Shown in pieces: positions 51,371-64,000 of a DNA stretch of 64,000 nt. This DNA is from Podarcis melisellensis (taxonomy: Eukaryota), in the NCBI GenBank assembly GCA_964234715.1, contig OZ174278.1, one strand, 5' to 3'. The stretch's first letter is position 1; each line of letters begins with the position of its first letter. Both the position numbers and the translations under genes were made by a program. Below the pieces are notes generated by a model, which was given only the letters and a program-made list of their open reading frames with translations, was not told where the DNA came from and searched no databases.

Positions 51371-52682
51371 GGTATCTGCCTGGTTGGAATCTGCACCCTG
51401 GTCCCCCAGTGAGACCCTGCTTGCTTGGCTTGCACCATGGCAAGGTTCAACAGTGAGTGATCCAAACCCAGTGAATCCATTCCATCAACATGGGGCTTGA
51501 GGAAGGATGAACTAATCCTGAGACCCAATGCCATGCCAATCCTTGTCCTGCCTTCTGCTGTCAATAAAGATTTGGCCTGAGTTTATCCCATCACTCTTGT
51601 ACAGTATGGCTATTTTGCTGCTCTCATGGGTCACATAATGTGCCTGCCTGGGCAATTCCCTTGGAACTTCTGAGACAGGAACCAAGGAAGCTGCCTTATA
51701 TTGAGTCAGAGGATTGGTCTAACTCGGTACTGTCTACACTGACCGGCAGTGGCTTTCCAGGGTTTCTGATAGGGGTCTTTCCCAGCCCAGATTGAACCTG
51801 GGACCTTCTGCTTTAGCACTGAGCTACAGCCCTTCCCTAGATGTAAAGTAACTCAAAATGAGAGATGGGTGCTTGAAGGTATAAATTTGTTCAAGAGATT
51901 TTTGGGATGTGGGGTTAGGTTCCTCTTCCCCTAAAATGGAAAAGAAAGCCCTTTTCTCTGTCACATTCTGAAATATCTCCATATTTAAGTGAAATACAAA
52001 GTGGCCTCTAGATTTTTGTTCCTTGGTTACATCTGGTTGCTGTTTCTCCATACTCAGCTTTGTGAATTCCTTGAAAGAGAACATATGCGTTCCCTGAGTC
52101 AGCTTGTAGGTTGCGCCTCAAAATGAAGCAAAGCATAAAGAGTGCTGAAGAACAAAATTATGGCTGCATTGTTAATGTGATTTGTTACCAGTGAGAATTT
52201 AGAATTTAGTCATGATTCCTTTTTTGTCTTGTGACCTGTCAGAAATAATAGATGTTGCCCCAGGCCTACTTTTAATCATGTTTCATTTGTTCTTCAGTAC
52301 TGCTTGGCTCAGGAAACTGACTCATTTTGATGGTTCACTTACAGTGGTGACAGGAGTATTGACCTTGTTTATTTATTTAGAACATATCATGCCCAGAAAA
52401 TCTCAAGGCAATATACATAAAACATTTCTATCACCATCCAAGAGGCGATGGAGGTTGTCATCCTAAACAAATCTAGTGAAGAGTATGTTGGGAATTGCTG
52501 GCAATGGCCGAGATCCAAAGAACTGGGTGACAAGTTCTACAGACTGTGAGGGGACTTAGACTTTCCTTGCTCAAACAGTACCTTCTGTGGGCTGTGCCAC
52601 CATGCTTTTGCTGTATTTATATTGGTTTTAACACACACGTTGCCAGAGTTATATCCTAATGATTACAAATCCAAGAAGCATC

Positions 52683-52828
52683 CTCCAGGTAATGTGATGG
52701 GTCAGTGCATGTGGCTGTTAACCAGAAGGTTGGTGGTTTGAGCCCACACAGGGATGGCTGTGGGCAGGATTCCTGCATTGTATGGTGTTGGGGACTAGAT
52801 CACCCCCAATGTCCCTTCTATGATTCTG
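52683..52828 (+). mobile_element. tRNA-Asn-derived SINE with CR1-like tail
   Basis: ggctgttaaccagaaggttggtggtttgagcccacacagggatg matches the tRNA-Asn(GTT) 3' half, followed by gattcctgcattg..ggactagat..tatgattct. Confidence 0.8.
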
Positions 52829-54117
52829 TGAAAAGGTGGTTTCCCTGAGGATCTGGTCACGTGCAGCAGAAGACTGTCTTTTTAAAGGCCATCTCTTGCA
52901 ACTCTGTATGTCATCTGACAATTCTAGAAGCAGCAATCAGAGGAACTGAGGGTTATGACTCTCTTTCCCTGTCCTCAGCTGCCAAACTTGTCCTGTGGCT
53001 GCTCTGTCCATGTCTTAGTACATATGCTACCTTCATTTCCACAGAAGAAGGGAGGGGATAGACAGACAGCTGTGCTCTGTTCTCATCTTTAAGAGAAGCG
53101 AGGGATGGATATAACTGTGTTAGAAGTTTAACAACTCATAAAATGGACCACTTTGTGCGCTCTAAGTATTGTTGGTTTGTGCAATAAAACAGATAATCTG
53201 AAATCTAGAAATTCATGTCCTGCAGTTATTGTAAGTTTCTTTCATAAATTCTTTATTGACGTCTCTGAAAGTAGATAAGATGAAGGGATTTAATTCAAAA
53301 TGAAGTTGGCCAAGCTTTGGGCATTTTTATCTGGATTTTTTTTTTTGGCACCACTCTGAACAGTTTTCAAAGGTTTATTAAACCGTGAGACCACCTGTTT
53401 TGAAATGAAATGTATTTGCATACAAGAAACCTATGTAGGGATAAATTTTACTGCATTTTCAAAGAGAAGAGGAAAACATATACATACGCATTGAGAATGA
53501 GGAAAGCCTCTTGTGCTATGCCATAGAAATGGATGACCATGCAGGTGGGGTGGAGTCTGAGGAAGCTGCAAACAGGTGGGTGCACTTTGAAAAGGAATAT
53601 GTGAAGAATATTTGGAAAATGTGAACTGGGCATTTCCTACACACTCCAAAGCCAGAAGGTGGGGATCATCAGGCCCAGAGAGCAAACAGTGGCCTGCAGT
53701 CCTGTCTGTTTGACTCTTGGGTCTCTCCCACAGACCGCAACTTCCATGAAAGCTTTTTGCCTGGCTGAATGTGTCCCTGAACTCTGATAACATCTCTTGC
53801 TTACATGGAAAGAGAATGGCATCTCTCTCTCTCTGTGCAGAAACCTCTGGAATCTGCTTGGCTGGAATGTAAGAGTCACAGAGCTGGATTCAACTAACCC
53901 GTTCTGATCAGGAAGGTTTGGAAAATCCTTATAACAGCATATGAGAGGAGAGGTGATATTGTTACATCAGGCCAGAATAAATGTTTGTGCTGTTCTCCTT
54001 AGCACTATATTGAATTTCGCCCACAATTTTTCATCTTTACTGTTCATTTCTTACTTTAGAGTTACTCCTAAGCAAGTGTGATTGGCTTTATTGGAGTGTG
54101 TCTACAGCTGCTTATTG

Positions 54118-54240
54118 GAATCATAGAGCTGGAAGGGACCACAAGGATCATCTAGTCCAACGCCCTGCAATGCAGGAATCTTTTGCCAACGTGAGGCTCG
54201 AACCCACAACCCTGAGATCTCATGCTCTATCGATTGAGCT
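54118..54240 (-). mobile_element. tRNA-Lys-derived SINE with CR1-like tail
   Basis: Reverse complement agctcaatcgatagagcatgaga-tctcagggttgtgggttcgagcctcacgttgg matches tRNA-Lys(CTT) with the anticodon loop deleted, followed by a CR1 3' end. Confidence 0.85.
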
Positions 54241-55949
54241 GCAAGGCTGTTATTAATTAATTAATTAATTAATTATGTGGCTGTTGATCATTAAAATCTA
54301 CTGGCTGCCTTACAAAAACAAAGCAAAACAAAAAAACCCTTCATCCAATAGTTAAGGATGCAACAATTAAAACAACATAGTAAAATAAGATCAGTAAAAA
54401 CAGCCTCTCCCTAACTACAGAGGATGTAATTTTGACAGAGCCAAGGACACTAGCTACATTTTAAGGTTCTCTATGCGATGTGTGAGCATTCTAACCTTAG
54501 ATTGCCTTAAGCAGGTTTTTTTTTTCTAAAGAGAAACTTAACTTGCAGCACCTGTGTAACCAATGTAGGAAATGGCTTTATCTTTCAGTCGGTGCCATTA
54601 TATGTTTGACACCGAAGAAACAGCAAACAGTAATTAAGCACAGGATTTATGTTCTCCATATGCATTTTATAAAATAGGAAAGGTTGCCTTGGTAAACACT
54701 TTCCTCCCCCTATTGCAGCTGTAATTTACTTTACCAGAATGCCTGAATTAAAATGAATGCAGCTACAGCAAAAAAAATTCCTAGATTGACAGCAATTCAG
54801 AAGCAACAACTTTATTCATAAAATTTAGACACTTGTTCCTTGTTAATCCTCCAAACACAACATCTGGATTTTAATCTTCAGGCTAAAAGGATCACAGATG
54901 TTTTGAGAAAGAGGGTAAAAACAACACAATATTTTGATAAATTAGAGAAATGGGCACGATGTTGCGGTTATTGTAGTTAAAACCCAGAAGCACATGACAA
55001 GAATGAAGCAACAAACACATAAGTACAGTTTGTGGAATGTTTGCCTAGGCATTTAATTAACAAAGTAGTACCTGGTGCCAAACAGAAGTCAGGGACAAAA
55101 TAACAATGACTGCCTTTGAATCTGAACATCGCTTACTGCAAATAAAATAAAATAAAATACTTTTAATCAGATCAAACCTTGCTTCAGATCTAGGCTTGAT
55201 TACTTCTACTTGGACCCAATTTGTATGTGGATTATAGTAACATGTTGGGTTACCCTGTGAAAGTTGAAAGGGATCCTGGAAAATCAGGGTTCAAGATAAT
55301 GTGGGGAGCCTCCAGATTAGAGGCTTCCCTGTTTTACCCTCTGAATCATGGAGGAACAAAAAGGGATGTGGGCAGAGCCAGTTCCCACCCTCCATCCCAT
55401 CATGTGTTTGTTTAGCTCAAAATATGAATGCTTGAATATGGCTTTTGGGAAGCTGTCCAAGCAGAACATTCTATTCTGAAGGCCCTTCTTCAAATCCCCT
55501 ATCAATGGATGGACATTTGTAGTAGGACCTTATTGCTTGTGGTATCTGGAATATGGACTAGCCTCTTTAAGAACAGCTAAGTCAGTTAGTTTGGTCAGTT
55601 AGATAAGGTTAAGTTCAGCTGGTGGTTGTTGTACATATATGGATGTGGTTCTTAATGAAGTAGTTGGTTGTGGGCATCTGCTGTCTCGAGAGACAATGGA
55701 GTACGCTTCTGGAAGTAAAATCAAACTGCTGCGTTAGCAGCACCAAAGTGACCTTCCCAGGGCACAAGCCTGAACAGTGTGTATGGAGGTCCTGGGCGGC
55801 CCAGACAATGTGGTCTAAAGGAAAGCAGAGCAATATAAATTCAGAAGTTGCTGGAAAGAAGCATACAAAATACCATCCAAATGTCTTAGGGACTCCACTC
55901 CAGATTTATGTACAGTTTAGTCCTTAGCCTTTTCTTTTCCTAAATATAT

Positions 55950-56790
55950 ATTGTGCGTCGAGGTCCCCAAGACACCCCCCAAAGAAAAACACAATTGACA
56001 CTTAATTTTTGTTTCAGGTTTTTGGCATAATTTTGGCCACAACTTTATTCAAATTACAGCAGTGTGAGTGGTTGCTTAGGCATTGGTAGCACTAACTGAC
56101 CCCGCACGGGGACAGCTCTGACATTCGCACCCCCCGCGAAGTCAGCAAGGGTAAGTCACCTGGGGAGAGAGACGGGATTGGGAAGCGTGCCTCACCTCTC
56201 CCCAGAATGCTCTCAGGGGCTTGCGTGGCCCAAGCCCCTTGCCAGGGGGTTTTGGACAAAAGCATGGGGAGCCCCTGGGTTCCTTTAACGGAAAACCCTT
56301 GAAGCAGCAGCAGCAGCATTTTGGAGGGGTAAGCACAGCCAAATCCATGCCCCTCCACCAACCAATTCCATGACCAATGCCTAACCGCACACCTTACAAG
56401 TTGTGACGATTTGCTATGCAGTAGGCAAAAAACCAAGTGGCACACACTAATCAGCCAAATGGACAAAATTCCTACCGGACCCCTGCCCCAAAGCAGACGA
56501 CCCCATGACAGGCATAGCAAGGTCAAGCAAACAGCCTAAAATTAGGGGAGGGAGGGCAGGTGATCCAAAGCACGCAGCCAAAAGAGGAAGTTCGTCGCTG
56601 CGTGCATTGTATTTAACAAATAGGGCTGTCAATCAACAAATGGCAACATCTAGATTTCCCCAGTAACAGCCCACCCCTGCTTAAAGGATGGCTAAACCAT
56701 TTGCCTAGCAACAGCGAGGTGTCTCGTCAGCCCCGCCCGCAACCCGTGCTCTCCATGAGGGAGAACACGCTTTGCAACGCAGCAAAGATT
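55950..56790 (-). mobile_element. Probable Ngaro/DIRS-type terminal repeat, relatively young
   Basis: CpG-retaining GC-rich block; minus-strand aataaagttgtggcc at 56035-56049, shared with 44906 and 51563. Confidence 0.55.
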
Positions 56791-58487
56791 TAAGATCAGA
56801 GTTTTCCTTTTCCTAGATGGACTACCTTCCCAGGTTGACAAGCCCCATGTGCAAGTGCAGAAACCACCTTCTTGACCATTGGACCTACTACTGATCTTGC
56901 CTGATCATTCCACCAGTGCCTGTCTTCACATGCAGAGAAATCCCTCATTCACTGATGATTTGAGACCTCTAGATTGCATCTGGGACTTATTGTAGTGAAA
57001 TAAACTGTGTGAAGGTACTATGGGGTATTTCAGGGCTCCATATTCTTTATCTCCCTGATGTGAGGCAGCTGAGAAAGGAAAGAGGGAGAGGTTTGAGTTC
57101 AGCAAGAACTGACATATTCTCCAACATTTCTCCCAATGTCCCCTCTTGCTCCTCTACAGTACTGCAAATGCCCCCTTAAATGCCACCCACTTCCATCTGC
57201 TCCTGTCCTATTCTTCCTCTCTCCAGCTTTATTGCCTTGAACACCAGAGCCAGCAAACTGCCACCCACACCCGCATACCTCCCTCCCTCCCATTTTCCTC
57301 CAAATTATACCTTCCCCAACTTTCCACCTACCTCTTCCCCAGTTCCTCTGTTCTCTCTTCCTGCCCCACTTCCTTCAGTTACCAGAGTACTAAAGCTGTT
57401 GCACACATAGAGGCCTTTCTCCAAGGCCTTCCTCAAGTCATATACTACAGACATGATTCCTCACCTTTTTCTTCCACCCCCCTCTTCCTTCTTCCACTCC
57501 TGCTTTTAGAACCTTTGGAAACAGTCGATGAAAACAGAGTAATGATAGACTGCTGCACATAAAGGGATTGAAATAAATATACATTACTTAATTAATTGAT
57601 TAAACATACCCTGTTTTTTAAAGAGCAGCGCCCATTACAAATAGCTTCCAAAGCATCTTGGATATTTATTGCCAATTTCCCCCAGTCAAGGAACCAGTGA
57701 TAACCATGGATTTTTCTCATCCCTAGTTAAAGCCATTTAGAGCTAGATAAGACCTGATAGAATTTCTTTCTACAAAGACAGCAAATGAATAAGATGGACA
57801 CAGAAATAAAGCTTGAGTGTCTGTGTGGAAATGATAGCAAGATAAACATCCTTAAATTCAGTTGGGAAGAGAATAACAGCACAGAAATTAGGCTGCCTGA
57901 CAATAAATGGATCAAAGAGCTGTATCATTGTAGAATATTCAGTGCTACACAAAGACTGAATCTTTTGTCATAAATTCTGAAGTAGATACAACATTGCAGA
58001 AATCATCATTTTCTTGGGGGGGAGGGGCAACATTTTATTTTAGGAGAGCTGACACTAAGCAGTATATCCAAGCCCAACTGAAACTTTGGCTCATGAACAG
58101 ATACCGTATAGGGATTTCTATAAATTGTGCTAAAACTGGGGTCTGCAAAATGGTGCTTATGGAAACCACATGGTCTCAGACACTTCCCATGGTACTTGCC
58201 AAGGCCTCCTGACCCTCCTTTTTTTCTAAACATTAAGGCACACAAATACCGTCACACTCTTACCTTTTTTTGCCTCAGGGTGGTTTCTGGACCCATGACA
58301 GATCCTGTTGTTTTAGGTCTAAGCATAAACAGTTTTTCTTCTGTGAAATGAGTATTTTATAGGTGACCACAACAGTTTCCAAATGTATCCAATGTATCCA
58401 TGTGCCTCCTGTGCTAGAGATTACTGATGATTTCTGTCACTAGGGGGCATGTCAGAAATCAAATGAATGTCAGAATTATACAACTAA

Positions 58488-58510
58488 ACACACACACACA
58501 CACACACACC
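58488..58510. repeat. (CA)n microsatellite
   Basis: Seen directly. Confidence 0.95.
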
Positions 58511-61500
58511 ACGTATCCAGCACAAGTAAGGCAACAGGTTCATTTATTCAGATATCAAATTAAACTAGAGCTGATATAAAAAAAGAACTCAGAAGTCCTG
58601 GACCCTTGCTCCAATTTTCACACAGAATTATAAGTAAGCCTGAGACTGAGTCAATGCTGCTGCAGAATGTTCCCTCTCATAACTGTTCCTATAATATTGA
58701 ATGATGATCCTCCTTGGGATAGTTTAGTGCTGATGCTGCTCCTGACTCAATGCAGATGCCCTCAGTGTGATTGCAGCCAGCTGTAGGGTAGATCATACAG
58801 ATCATTTGTTCATTGGATAAGCTGTCATCCCTGCTGTGTAGCGCACTTATGGAAAGGCTCAGTTTCACAAACAAATGGGAAGATCTGTCAATTTTCATCC
58901 AGTTTTTCCAGCCTTATGTTTGTGACCTATTTCTGTATCTATATACATTTTTTAAAAAAACACAAACAAAAACAAACCAAAATGGTCTGTGCAAAAAATA
59001 ATGCACATTTCCATGCATATATCTCATAACATACACATTTGGCTCACTATGCTTAATAAAACATTTAGAAATGTGTTATTTCCCCATACTTAGGGATTTT
59101 TCCACAGTACATTCACTAATATACAAATTTTCACACATTTCTTGGTTTGTGTACCACGTTGCAAGTTTTGGTGAAAAATTGACATTTTTGAAAGTTAGCT
59201 TTGTTTTGGTTCATGTATCAGTTAGGTGGGCATTCTTTAAATTCAAATGGAAAAAGAAACCTCCACCATGCCTAGTTGCACTGGTGCACACAGCAACTGG
59301 GGCAGCTTTAGATAATTACTAGAGTATGAAAGTGCATGTGTGCCACAACAAATACAACATATAATATTTATTTCTAAAATGGTCTTCTAACACACAACAG
59401 TGGCACTTTATCTAGCTTTTATAGTCATCCTGGACTGGGATCAGAAGCCACTGCAGCTTCTGCCAAACCAGGGTGTTCTGCTTAATACGGGACACTTGGA
59501 GGGTATGTGAATGCAACCAGAAATTAGCTTTCCGATTTTGAGCAGAGTCCATCTAGTTAAATCTCCTTTGTCCTACAGTTGCCTCCCTAAGTCTTCCAAG
59601 AAGTGAACAAACAGAGCACAAATAGTTCCACTCCCACACCATTTGTGCCTGAGAAACTAATAGTCAGAGGCTTATTACCTCTGAATTTTTAGTTCTCTTA
59701 GCAAAAGGAGTACCCACGAAGAAACAGAAAGCCTGGCTTCAACTCAATTATTCAGGCTTAGATGACTGTACAACTTCTTCTGCAATTAAATGAAGTGTAA
59801 AGAATTCATTCAGCTCCTCCACTCTTTCCCTGTCCTCCTTTAGCATCCTTTTGCACCTTTGTCATTGAAACAGTCCACACCTGCTAGAAGCAGGTATCCA
59901 GCTTTTGAAAGATTTAAAGAAACGTTAATTAACTTAACATTTCTAGCAATGTGTTCTTCAGATTCATTTTTGTTGTTTGTCTCAAATGCAACTTACACTT
60001 GTAAGTTCCTTTTTGTTATCTTACTTGGGCAAGACTCGTACTTGGTGATTTGCAGAGCATTCGTTATTCTGCTCATTAATGACACCGACCTCCTCCAGAA
60101 TTAATCCATGGCATTCATTCAATCCAAACTTCTACTATAATGGTTTTAAATAAGCTTCAAATGTCCTGAAAAGATGTCACTTTCTTGACTTTCCTTTTCA
60201 ATTCCCTTATGAGGGATTACCTGAGATTTGAGAAGTTTCTGCTCTTGAAACTAGATATAACTGTGTTGAACTTTCAGAGCAATGTTCCACTTATAAATGG
60301 ATGAGTCAGTAGTCATTGGTTTCTACACAATGGCCAAATTTTGTGATGTGAGTGTGTATCCAGTTACTGTAGTCATAGAGTGGAACTAATGCTACCGCCA
60401 TCATAGGAATTGGAGCATCAATATATATTCCACCCACAGGAAGCTGCTCAGCACAAACACAAGCTCAGCTGGGGCAAGGATCTAGTCTGCTTTTATGGGT
60501 ATTTCAAGAAAATCATGCAGGGTCAACTCATGTGCAAACTAAAATGGAAATGAAAATTCCTCTACGGTTTTGCAATCTTCTTTGCACGTTGCAAAAGTGG
60601 GGAGGCATGATTTGTCATTTGGGACAGCTGTCAGTCAATTTAAATATATATGAAGAATGTCCCTAGGAATGACACTACGTCATCACTACTGGGACATTCT
60701 CAGTGAGAAATGTCCCAGGTCTTGCTGTTTGTTGCAATTCTGTTACTGCTTGGAGTGGCAGGAAAGCTTTTTACCCACCGTCTCTCTACCACAATAAACT
60801 CCTCACCCCAGAAAGGATGAGGACCCTTTGTGTAGCTAAAGTCCCCAAAGTATCTCCCATTTTCACAGGAGACCAGTAGCCTGGTGAAAGTGGAGTTTAT
60901 TTTTGGTCAAGCATTTGCATGTGTCTGGCATCTTCATCAGTAGAAATCAGAATTATCATTACACTTTTTTTTTGATGAATGGGGATTTCCTTGAGAAATA
61001 TTTTAGGAATAATTGGTTTAATATATGTTTTCTTTTATTGTGGAATGTTGCTGAATTGTAATTCTAAGTTTTAAAATTCTGTATCGTTGCTCCTTTTCTC
61101 TTTTGTTCTTAATTGTGAGATATTTTGTACTGGCATTTGGTCAGAAAAGCTGCTTAAAATATTTTAAATAAAAATAAAAATGTATATCACAATAAAACTT
61201 TAATTAAATATGATGCTGTTAGGAATAACCTTATGCCACTGGCTACTTAGATTTTTGTAGATGGAATGACATTATAAAACATAGTTTCAGCTGGCCAAAA
61301 TAAGTATTAGTTTTGTCTAGCACTGCAGAGCCTTTTAAAAATAACCCTTGTTTCTGCCCCCCCCATCATAGATGTTGACAAGTTGAATGAATGATTCCAA
61401 ATAACCCAAGGTTAAGTATTTCATGTACAGTACTACCCATATTCCTATAACATAGCAGTTCTATCCAGAAATATCACTGTAATCATTTGATTAAATGATT

Positions 61501-62742
61501 GAGTGAAACACTCATTCTGTAAAATGACTAAAAATTGCACTCTCCGATCAATGATGGGTTTTACATTATGAACAAATGGACATGTTAAAATATAATGAAA
61601 TGTAATATCATGCTGTATAAGTACATTATTAATTGTATGAAATGATAAAAATTGATCACAAAGTGGGCTACATGTCCCATATTTATTCTGAAATATATCA
61701 TTATATGAAAAGGATTATGTGAAAGAAAACTGATGGGCACTGAGTTAGTTTCGGTTGCAATTAGCTGGGGTTTGCCAAATTCATATGAAAAATGTGCTAG
61801 TATAATAATAAAAAATAGTGTTTAAGTATCGTAAGATGTATTTTAAAGAGTAAGTACTTAACTAACAGGGTTCATGGACCTCTGAAGCCAGCCTTTATGG
61901 AGTTCTTGCTGTAAAGTACAAATTAATTAGATATCAAAATGCCACCTGCAGTGAATAAAATCCCTAAATACTTAAGTGGGAACAGTGCATTAGCCAAGGT
62001 ATTTAGGGGAACAAATTCTTCTGTAGTACTCTTCTTATAAGTAGCAACAGAAGGCTGAAAAGGATGCTGCAGAAATGATTAAGTTCCTCATTGATGAAAT
62101 TATTTATCAGTACCTAAAGTACAGGACATTTCCCTGTGGTTCTTAGCTAGTTCTTAATTATAGTCACCTATCCATGCACCTAAAAAGATGGGGGGGCTTG
62201 CTGAAATCCTGATTATGTTCTTATATGAGATCAGTTCATAGGATAACCCTCACTAGCACCATTCTTTCATAAATTGCATGGGGAACCTCCATGTGAAAAA
62301 TATGCTCTCTACTGTACTTCATAATTTATGCCCTACCCCATGGATGGCAGAAGTATATAACTTGACAAACCAGTCCATATGGCTGTTCTACCCCCTGATG
62401 GGATGGAGGGAACAGTAGTTATATCCAAGGTATTCTGACACTCAAAATCAATATAAAATGGCAGTACGTAAGGTGCTTTCAGATGTCCTTCATGCATAAT
62501 TGAAATTGGGTGTCTTAATTCTAGCTGCTAGTTGATCTGTATCGTTTCTGTATTGCATTGAGTCAATCTTCACTTTAATTTTGGTACCGCCTTTGAAGTG
62601 ACTTGTAAATCATCCAAGTAAGCTGCAGCAATTAGGGATTTTTAAATATTAAGCATTTTTTTCTAAGTTCTAGAGCCCTTACAAATGGTCACATTGTCTC
62701 AAGAGGAGTTATTGTACTGCAGAATAGCTTGGTGATTTATAG

Positions 62743-62878
62743 CAGTGTTTCCCAACCTTGGGCCTCCAGCTGTTTTTGAACTACAATTCCCATCATCCCT
62801 GACCACTGGTCTTGCTAGCTAGGGATGATGGGAGTTGTAGGCCAAAAACATCTGGAGGCCCAAGGTTGGGAAACACTG
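62743..62878. mobile_element. Palindromic hAT MITE, internal region shared with 37848-37983
   Basis: TIR cagtgtttcccaaccttgggcctccag / ctggaggcccaaggttgggaaacactg; perfect TSD atttatag. Confidence 0.95.
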
Positions 62879-62974
62879 ATTTATAGCATCCTACCAAATA
62901 GTAAAGTGAATTCTTCCACTGAATTCTGCCACTGTGAGGTCCATATGTGGTGAGAGTCATGTACAGGTTAGATA

Positions 62975-63090
62975 AGCCTTGTCCAACCTAGTAGTTCTCC
63001 AGGCCTTTTGGACTACAGCTCCCACCATCCCTGACAATTGGCTGTTGAGGTGATGGGAGTTGTGGTCCAATGCATATGGTTGGACAAATA
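62975..63090. mobile_element. Decayed hAT MITE of the same group
   Basis: ggactacagctcccaccatccctgacaattggc..gatgggagttgtggtcc core. Confidence 0.7.
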
Positions 63091-64000
63091 TTTCTTAGAA
63101 ACTTCTTTAATTGATTCAAAGGTTGCTTTTGTTATTGTACTGTACTGTTCACATGCCAGTTTGTGACTGTATGTTTCAAACAAGGTGCCGTCAACTGCTC
63201 CAAATGAAATGAGCAATGTTCAGCTATTGACCTTCTGCTGCTAACAAACACAATCTGAAATGGTAAAAGGTGGGTGAAGTGCGTGGTAAAAAATTATATG
63301 CTAAAATCCATTAGCAGGTAATCATTCACTTTCTGCTTAGTAGATGATTTTGTATCCTACAGTCATGATTAAAAACTGTTTCCTTCCCCCCTCATGCTTT
63401 GTATGATAATTCTCAGAGATTCTACCTTCTCAGAAGAGTCAGGTCCCTTGCAGTTATTCTCTGTGCAAAATAATCCAAATGTGCCCACCCATCCTCACTC
63501 TATTTTGATACACCATTCTCAAATCGATTTACTAGATCAGCTAACAGAATCACAACAAGTGCACAGGAACATCTTTAAAAGGATCTCTTATGTTTACAAT
63601 GTGTAGCTTCCCACCCCCACCCCCGTCTCAGTCACTTTTTACAAATTGTTTAGGTGTTGGAATTTTAATACGGCTGTTGATATTACAGGCTGGGGCAAAA
63701 TATACAGATTGAATTGGGCACTGAGTGACATCTGAATGATGAAAGCCTAGGCTTTCAATAATCTAATACTGTTAGGCTGTGCTGAGAACTAAATAGTGTA
63801 TTTAAATAATAAAAAAGTACTTCCCTTTAGGATATACCTTTGCATATCCATTTTGCATAAGACTTTGAAGCATATTTTGTTTTCTGCAGTATTATGTGAT
63901 TCATGGGCATTATGTACAGTTATTGTATAGTCCCTACAAACAGTATTGCAATAGCTGTTGGCATCTGTTTGTCTTGGGAGACAATGGAGGGGTGAGCCTT

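Larger units (their letters stand above)
50230..51660 (+). mobile_element. Decayed Ngaro/DIRS-type tyrosine-recombinase retrotransposon remnant with SGNH-hydrolase-like ORF relic
   Basis: ORF 50786..51412 has IVGGQLFIH..IRWLG..DGVHLPESDN, matching the IVGHSFIHW..WLG..DGVHLS..GN pattern of TE-borne SGNH domains; terminal motif aataaagatttggcc at 51563. Confidence 0.55.

Noticed and set aside
52683-54240. tRNA-Asn and tRNA-Lys genes
   Set aside because: Degenerate (one lacks the anticodon loop) and fused to CR1 tails, so they are SINE heads
57785-57973. Protein-like 62-aa ORF
   Set aside because: No recognised homology or splice donor; length expected by chance

Overview
This is AT-rich, CpG-depleted vertebrate genomic DNA. 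It is almost certainly a squamate reptile, probably a lizard, inferred from the repeat mix (RTE-BovB, CR1, tRNA-derived SINEs with CR1-like tails, many hAT MITEs). I recognise no host protein-coding gene, tRNA, rRNA or CRISPR array; the window looks like intergenic or large-intron DNA. The main feature is a young full-length L1 (13541-20157) with a 15-bp TSD, an uninterrupted ORF2 that lacks an in-frame ATG, and a single-frameshift ORF1 ending in an acidic tail. This L1 sits inside a hAT MITE. It is followed by a 5'-truncated BovB interrupted by a 690-bp solo LTR, whose U3 carries an acidic/Pro-rich ORF with an HMGN-like RRSARL motif. Also present are three probable Ngaro/DIRS-type remnants, one with a decayed SGNH-hydrolase-like ORF and a perfect 55-bp-arm palindrome. 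Other items are a pre-miRNA-sized hairpin, several nested insertions, weak minus-strand exon candidates and TAAT-rich enhancer-like blocks. Family assignments come from motif recognition only; no database search was run.
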